Translations under genes and position numbers: made by a program
Notes under the pieces: generated by a model
Database searches by the model: none
Seen by the model: only the letters and a program-made list of their open reading frames with translations
Told to the model about the DNA's origin: nothing
Assembly: GCA_943704415.1 (NCBI GenBank)
Contig: CALSCO010000613.1
Coordinates: 1 to 39,301, forward strand
From: Parvularia atlantis
Lineage: Eukaryota
Direction: 5' to 3'
DNA length: 39,301 bases
In this document: positions 32,708 to 39,301 of the stretch, piece by piece
How positions within the stretch are numbered: position 1 is the stretch's first letter
Layout of the letters: the number at the start of each line of letters is the position of its first letter

Positions 32708-35700
32708 CGAGGCGCGCAAGGCCGACGAGGCGCGCAAGGCTGCAGAAGCCAAGCCTACGCAGGCGCCCACGGCCGCGCCAGTGGAAGTTGACCCACGCGA
32801 GCAACGGTGCGTCGGTCGGTGCTGTTCTGTTTTGGCAGCTAAAGCGCGGTCGCGCAGGCGTCGCGAACGTCTCGAGCGGCAGCAGAAGGAAGAGGAGGAG
32901 TTCAAGCGCACGATGGCCTTGGTACGCCGATGCTCGCGCTTCTCACTGCGCCTGTTGACGTGCGCGGCAGGAGGAAGAGCGTATCGCAAAGGAGCGTGAG
33001 CAGCGGCGGAAGGAGCGCGAGGAACGCCTGCGTCGGATCGAGGCTGAGGGTGCGGCGTTCGCATGCGCTGCCGTGAGCGATGGCTCACTCGCATGATCGG
33101 CTGCAGCCGTGGCAGACGTGCCGGCCAAGAGTGTCAAGGGCGCACCAGCAGCGGCCGACAAGGCCACGGCGGAGAAGGCAGCGGCAGACAAGGCGGCAGC
33201 AGACAAGGCGGCGGCGGACAAGGCAGCGGCGGACAAGACCGACAAGGCAAGCGAGGTGTCAGAGCGCGAACAGCGGCGGCAACAACGGCAGCGTGAGCTC
33301 GAGGAACGCGAGAAGGCAGCCAGCAAGGAGACCTCGACGGCCAGGCCATCCGCACGCACCGCGACGCGCAAGCTGGGTGCGTGACCGGACCTGCGCGGGC
33401 TTTGCGGCACTGACGTCGTCCACGCTGCAGCCACCGACGAGGACCTGATCGAGACACTGTCGGCCGACGAGCTCGCGGCGCTTGAGGCTGAGCTGGAGGA
33501 CCAGCCAAAACTGGTCGCAGGCGCAGCTAGCACGTCTGCAGCACCCCAAGAGAGTGCCGCAGCCATCGACGTCGCTGCGGTCGGGGACGGCACCGGCAAG
33601 CTGACGCACCTCACGGTCGGGCGCGCCAAGGGCCCAAAGAGGCGCGCGGCGATGGGCAACGTCGTGCGCAGCCTTGGCCGGATGGAGGGCGTCGACATTG
33701 CCGAGAAGGTGAGCGCGCAGTCGCGTGCTAGCTGCCGCTTGCTCATGCTCCCCGGGGCCAGCTCAAGGACGACGAGCTCGCCGACAAGCCTGCGGCGTCT
33801 TCGTCATCGGCCGCGGCGCCGTTGGCACCGTCCGGCCTGAGCGGCCTCTTTGGCAGCGGCAACGCAAAGGCAGCGCAGCTCGCGGCACAGAGCATGGCAG
33901 CCGCGGCTGCGGCTGACGCCGATGGTGCGCTGGTGCCCGCGGTTGCTGCTCACGCGTCGCTGACGGCATGCGCAGCCGAGCGGCAGGCCAAAGAGAAGCG
34001 CAGCAGCTTCAAGCCTCCGGCGGGCGCTGTTGCGATGGGCGGGATGGGCCAGGTGCGCTTGCGCCGTGCGCCCGCACCGGCCGCGTGGCTCACGGCCACC
34101 CAGGCCGCCGCACTCGCCGCCGGCGCCGCCAAGAAGGCCGCCGGGCGGCCGCAGACGATGTTTGTCACGAACGCGGAGAAGGAGGTGCGCGCTCTGCCGA
34201 CAGCTGTTTTGGGTCTCGCTGACCGGGCGCAGGACACGGGTGCAGCGCTCGAGCGCATGAAGACCGCGGCGGCCAAGAAGCCGGTCCTGCCGACGCCCGG
34301 TGTCAAGGCGCGCATCGGCGCGTGAGCGGCGGCTGCTGGCCCGCTGACGCACGCGCCGCAGGCCGACACAAAGCCGCTGCTGCAGCTCAAGGGCAAGAAA
34401 CGCACGTTTGTGATCAAGGTGTGCGCCCCGGCGCGCAGCCTGTGGTGCCCGGCCGCTCACGCGCCTCGCCGCCACGCAGGCTCCCAAGAAGGCCACGTCG
34501 TCGCTCAACCACGGCGACGTGTTCATTCTCGACATCGGCGAGGCGCTCTTCGTGTGGAACGGCAGCCAGTCGGCGCAGGTGAAGCGCGCCAAGGGCCTCG
34601 AGGTCGCGCACCGCATCAAGGACAAGGAGTACACGGGCCGGATCGACGTAGTCGTGATCAGTGCGCGCCGGGGCGCTGGCGCGCTGGACCGCCGTCTCAC
34701 GCGCCAGCCCGCCGCTAGACGGCATGGAGGACGACCGCAAGACGCTAAAGTTCTGGCGCACGCTCGGCGACCGCGAGCATGTGCGCTTGCCGGCCGCCGC
34801 GGCCAACGCCACACTGACGTGCGCACGCGGCGCTAGGTGCGCACGGCCGAGGAAGGCGGCGACGACGTCGAGTTTGAGAAGACGATGGAGGCGCGGTACA
34901 AGCTCTACCAGTGCGCGACGGCGCCGGCATGGTCTCTTGGGCGACGCTGATGCGCCGCCGCACCGCCAGTGTGCAGCAGGGCGTTGAGCCGGAGCTGCTG
35001 GCGGAGAACAGCCGCACGGTGACCAAGGACAAGCTCAAGAACTCGCAGGTGCGGACGTGCCGGGCGCGCAGGGGAGCAAGTGCGCGCCAACGCAGGGTCA
35101 CGCCGCGCAGGTGCTTGTGATGGACGGGTGGAGCGAGATCTACGTCTGGGTCGGGCGCAACAGCGCTGCCGAGGACCGCGCCGTGGGCGAGGCGTTTGCC
35201 GAGGTGTGCCGACGTGCGGCCCGCTGTGCACGCGGTGGCTCATCGTTCGCGCACGCACAGCGTCTGCGCAGCGAGAGCGGGCGCGAGCCGTGGACGACCG
35301 TGCAGGTGGAGGAGTCGCTGAGCGAGAGCACCGTGTTCCGCGAGAAGTTTGCCGACTGGCGCGAGGCCGATGCGACGCTGCACGTGCGCCAGCAGAAAAA
35401 CATCGAGGCGCCCGACAAGAAGTTCCGCGTGTACGACCGCGGCAGCGGTACGGGTGCAGCGTGGCACGCGCCGCCGCGCACAGTGTGCTCAGCCCACGCC
35501 GGCCGTGCAGACGCCCGCAAGGTTGACAAGATTAACGTCGAAAAGATGATCGAGCCGGACGAGCTCGCGCGCGAGGCTGACCTGTTTGACCTGAAGCACA
35601 ACGGGCAAGGGACGATTGTGAAGGTGCGTCGAGCGCGTGCGTGTGCGCGGCTGCGCCGCGGCCCGGTGAGCCGCGGCGCAGATGTGGCAGTGCCAGGAGA

Positions 35701-37627
35701 AGAGCAACGTCGAGCTACCGCCGGCGTACAAGGGCCAGTTCTACTCGGGCGAGAGCTACGTCATCCTGTTTGAGTTCCCGCAGAAGAACCGCGAGGGCCC
35801 CGGTGAGCGCCTCGTCTACGTGATGTACTTCTGGCTTGGCCGGGACGGCAAACTGGTGCGCGCGCGTGCGTTTGCAGCCGTCGGCGCGTGTGAACTCATG
35901 CAGCGTCTGTGCAGAGCGAGCAGGGCACATCGGCGCTCTTAGCCATCGAGCTCGACCGCCAGTACGGCGCGCCGCAGGTGCGTGTGCCGCAGGGCAGCGA
36001 GCCGCCGGACTTTGTGGCCATCTTCGGGAACCGCATGATCGTTCGGACGGTGCGCGCGTGCGTGATGCTGCGTCGCGCCACGGGCTGACGCACCCGCACG
36101 CAAAGGGCACACGGTCGACGTACGACAACGACGCCGTGGCCCTGTTCCAGCTGCGCGGGTCGCGCGACAACGCCGTCAAGGCCGAGCAGGCGCCGCGGGC
36201 GGTGAGCGCGCCGACGGGACCACCACACGCGCGTTCTGAGTTGCGGCGACCAGACGGCAGCGACGCTCAACACGGGCGACTCGTTTGTGCTGTGCACGCC
36301 CAAGAAGGTCTACGTCTGGCACGGCCTGGGCTCGTTCGACTACCAGGAGGACGCGGCGCTGGACCTCGCCAACGATCTTGCGCACGTGTGTGCCCACGTA
36401 GCGACGCCGTGCGGGTCGGGCGTGCTGACCGTGTGGGCTGGCGTCGCAGGGCCGCGAAGTCAAGGAGGTGACGGAGAAGGACGAGCCGGCTGGTGCGCTG
36501 CCGCTGGCCTCGTCTGATGAACTCACGCATGCTGAGCGCACCGGCACGTTGGTAGACTTCTGGGCGGCGCTGGGCGGCAAGGCCGAGTACTGCACCTCGC
36601 AGGACCTGCGCCAGACGAAGCGCAAGGAGCAGGTGCGCGTGCCCGCACCGAGCGCCGCGGCTGACGGCGCGCGTGCGCAGGAGACGTTCCGCCTGCGGTT
36701 GTACAAGATGTCGTTCACGGGCGGCAGCGGCAATCCGACGGTGCGAGTGCGCTGAGCACGCTGCTGCGTGTGCGTGGCCTCACTGTGGCGACGGCGCAGG
36801 CGGACGAGGTTGAGTTCTTTGGGCAACGCGACCTGTCGCCCGAGGGCGTGTACATCGTTGATGCGTTCTTCGAGCTGTACGTGTGGATCGGCCGGCTCGC
36901 GACCAAGAATGTGAAGGACATCCGGCTGGCGATCGAGACGGCGATTGTGCGGCCGTCTTGCGCGCTGCGGTTCGCGGGCTCTACTGACGGCGCGCGCGCG
37001 GCCGGCCGAACAGGACTACAATAGCTTTTGCGAGGAGTACCTCGGCCGGCTCGGCAAGGGCCGGGCGTGGCTGATCCACGAGGGCCACGAGCCTGTGCTG
37101 TTCAAGGGCGTCTTTACGGCGTGGGCGCCGTGGGTGCGTTGCGTGACGGGCGCCGTGGACTGCGCTGCTGAGCGCGGCTCGCCGCGGATGGCAGGACGAG
37201 ATGGACTACTTCCGCATCGGGCACGAGAAGGAGCCGCCGCTGAAGCGCGGGGACCTCGAGCGGCCGATGAAGCAGATCAACTTTGAGCCGGTGACGGTGG
37301 AGGACGCGTTGCAAAAGTGCGCGGGTGCCCACGTGTACGTGCGCGTGTGCCCTGACGCGCCGAGCACGCGCGCGCCAGATACATCCTGGCCAAGCACCCT
37401 GCCAGCGCGCTGAAGGGCGGCAGCGAGCTGCCGTTTGGCGTGGACCCTGCGACACTCGAGGTGCGCTGGCGCAACGGCCGACACACGGCACGGCCTGAGG
37501 CGCGCAAACGCAGGACTACGTCTCGGACGAGGACTTTGCGAAGATGTTTGGCGTGGCCCGGCCCGAGTTCCTCACGCAGCCCAAGTGGAAGCAGACCGAC
37601 ATGAAGCGCAAGAGCGGGCTGTTTTGA
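31505..37627 (+). CDS. Giant villin/supervillin-like protein: charged/repetitive N-terminus with CPI motif, five gelsolin repeats (G2-G6) and villin headpiece; about 30 introns
   Basis: LLQLKGKK...SLNHGDVFILDIGEALFVWNG; DGWSEIYVWVGR; GQFYSGESY...YFWLG...RVPQGSEPPDF; LNTGDSFVL...VYVWHG; DAFFELYVWIG...EGHEPVLFKGVF. Headpiece: LPFGVDPATLE|DYVSDEDFAKMFGVARPEFLTQPKWKQTDMKRKSGLF*. Joining of the N-terminal exons is inferred from in-frame GT-AG introns. Confidence 0.82.
31954..32160 (+). repeat. Coding tandem repeat, about 6 x 36 bp (PEPVVE[R/C]K[L/P][E/D]P..), PEVK-like
   Basis: Repeated cctgtggtcgag(c/t)gcaagc with 36-nt periodicity. Confidence 0.9.
32616..32741 (+). repeat. Coding tandem repeat, 7 x 18 bp ([D/E]EARKA), single-alpha-helix-like
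   Basis: ga(c/g)gaggcgcgcaaggcc repeated seven times. Confidence 0.92.
33148..33237 (+). repeat. Coding tandem repeat, 6 x 15 bp (AAADK)
   Basis: AAADK ATAEK AAADK AAADK AAADK AAADK in the villin-like frame. Confidence 0.88.
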
Positions 37628-37734
37628 GCCGAGAGCGCGCGCCTCCCTCCCCAACGAGACTTGTTCGCCGTGATATGTGCACGCATTCAAACAGAGAAAT
37701 ATTTACACCGCCCCGCCGCGCGCGCGCCGGGAGG

Positions 37735-39113
37735 TCACCGCAGCGTCAGCAGGCGCTGCGTCGTCTCCCACGGCCTGACGCGGTTGTGCGACATCTGGCT
37801 GATGACCGTGTGACACACGCGCTGGGCGTAGTTGCCGCCCGCCGCGGGCCGCTGTGCGAGGCCCTGCGCGCCGCGTCAAGACACCGCCGGCCGCATGGCA
37901 TGATCGGCGCACCTGCAAAAACACAAAGTCGTAGAGCAGGCCGAGGTAGTCGGTCGAGAGCTCGCGCGCGTTCGAGTGGCGCAGGTTGCGGATGAACTCG
38001 CGCTTGGTCATCTTGTTCTTGATATGCGGCGAGTTGAGGTCGGTCGTGAGCATCATGAGCGAAAACACGAGCAGCACGGCCGTATCTGCGGCGCGCACGC
38101 GCTCAGCCGCCGCCCCGCCGCGCACGAGCACGCGCGCGCGCCCTGCGAGAACGAGAGCCGGTCCCGGTTCGCCTGCCAGTAGTGCTCGGCAAACTTCTCG
38201 ACGATGGCGAGGCGCGACATGGACATGGTGATGGGCAGGGTGAACTTGGCCAAGAAGTCGCTGCGACGCGGCGCGACGGCGCACTCAGCCACGGGCGTCG
38301 CGGCGCGCACGGCGCGCACCGCAGCGCCTCGCCCAGGAACACGTTGCGCACGGGCTGCAGGCACACGAACGCGAGCGCGACGTCCTGCCTGCGCGCCGCA
38401 CACCCGCCGTGAGGGCTGCTGGGCGGCGCGTGGCAGGGCGCGCGCACCGTGTCGGGTTGGTCACGATGCGCCCAATCTGCGTCTTGTTGAGGTTGCGGGC
38501 GCTGCACGCCGTCGCCCGCGTCAGCATCGGGGACGGCGTCACGTGCGCACGGCACTGCGACGCGCCTGTTGAGGAACACGGCGACGCTGACGGGGTCGTT
38601 GCGCAGCAGGTTGACCTCGAAGAACATGTTGAGGCCCTGGCGGCGCCGTCACATCGCGTCAGCGCCCGTGGCCCCCGCGCCGTCTGCGGTGCGCGCCTGC
38701 TCGCCCGACATGTTGAAGCAGAAGACGAACGACTGGACCATGATGAAGACCTGCTTCCACTGCGCGCCCCGTGTCACGCTTTGGTGTCGCGGTGAACGTG
38801 AGAAGGACGCAAACGCACAAGCAGCTGCAGCCGCGCCGCCGCCTCCAGGTCCAGCCCGGGCACGCGCAGCACGCACAGGCGGCGCCAGATCACGTCCAGG
38901 TCGGCCACGCGCCGCCACTGCGAGTTGAGCAGGGCGATGGTGCAGACCTCACGCGGCGTGAGGAAGTGCAGGATGCGCAGCACTGTGCGAAGGTCTCAAG
39001 ACAAGCGCTGGCCGCAGCCGCTGCCGCGCACCGATCTCGGTCGGCAGCGCGCCCAGTGCGCCCGCCGCACCGTCGTCCTCGGTGCGCAGCTCGAGGCACA
39101 GCGCCTGGCCCAT
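37735..39113 (-). CDS. FBXO8: F-box + Sec7 domain protein (FBXO8-like)
   Basis: MGQALC...LGALPTEI|VLRILHFL...WRRVA.DVIWRRLC (F-box). Sec7 C-terminal part DTAVLLVFSLMMLTTDLNSPHIKNKMTKREFIRNLR...YLGLLYD. The last spliced exon ends WETTQRLLTLR*. Confidence 0.85.
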
Positions 39114-39180
39114 GCTGCTGCGGACGCGCGCGTCGACGACGTGGCAGCACGAATGTCTACACTCAGTTGAAACAAAAAAA

Positions 39181-39277
39181 ATGGCATCGGCAGCCGCTGC
39201 GCGCGCCGCCGCGCTCAGGCCGCACGTGCCCGCGATCCGCTTCCGCTACGCGCAGGCCAAGGCCGCCGCGGCCGGCG
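39181..39277 (+). CDS. First exon of a probable KGD4/MRPS36 (2-oxoglutarate dehydrogenase adaptor); truncated by the window edge
   Basis: ATG after an A-rich leader. MASAAAARAAALRPHVPAIRFRY resembles the PHxPxIxF N-terminal motif of KGD4/MRPS36. GTGCGT donor at 39278. Confidence 0.5.
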
Positions 39278-39301
39278 GTGCGTGTGTGTGTGTGGGGGGG
39301 G

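Noticed and set aside
281..39113. Alternative genetic code or selenocysteine readthrough
   Set aside because: In the genes I traced, in-frame stops fall inside recognisable introns, and conserved proteins end at normal TGA/TAG positions.
1..39301. Many long overlapping Arg/Ala/Pro-rich ORFs (e.g. 23873-25372, 27615-28850, 31817-33094)
   Set aside because: These are shadow frames caused by high GC and stop scarcity. The true coding frames are identified by conserved motifs and splice signals.
39278..39301. (GT)n/G run as a telomere
   Set aside because: It begins at a GTGCGT splice donor and is simply an intronic microsatellite at the window edge.

Overview
A very compact, GC-rich (about 70% by eye) eukaryotic genome segment. 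About 17 protein-coding genes are broken by roughly 150 short spliceosomal introns (my visual estimate; mostly 45-65 nt, GTGCG... CT(G/C)AC ...YAG). The ORF track therefore shows only exon fragments and GC-rich shadow frames. I joined exons by hand, so internal boundaries are approximate. Gene order: CCDC115/Vma22(+), orphan coiled-coil(-), ACOT13(-), homoserine dehydrogenase(+), SLC25 carrier(-), small orphan(+), villidin (coronin-3xPH-gelsolin-HP)(-), CH-DH-PH-SH3-WW-WW RhoGEF(+), 7TM-RGS(-), bacterial-type DUF885-like metallopeptidase(+), DIM1/TXNL4A(-), GBBH/TauD-like dioxygenase(+), F-BAR-PH(-), LENG1(+), giant villin-like protein(+), FBXO8-like F-box/Sec7(-), start of a probable KGD4/MRPS36(+). 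The style suggests a unicellular Amorphea/opisthokont protist; a nucleariid such as Parvularia is a guess, not a determination. Most notable are: a villin/supervillin-type protein carrying a capping-protein-interaction (CPI) motif, a tropomodulin-like helix and PEVK/SAH-like spacers; an intron-colonised bacterial-type peptidase; an unusually long structured intron whose stems cover two in-frame 5' splice sites; a 27-nt head-to-head gene spacer; near-strict strand alternation; a UGUA(C/A) 3'-end motif; and several GC-AG introns. I found no rRNA, tRNA, CRISPR array or transposase.
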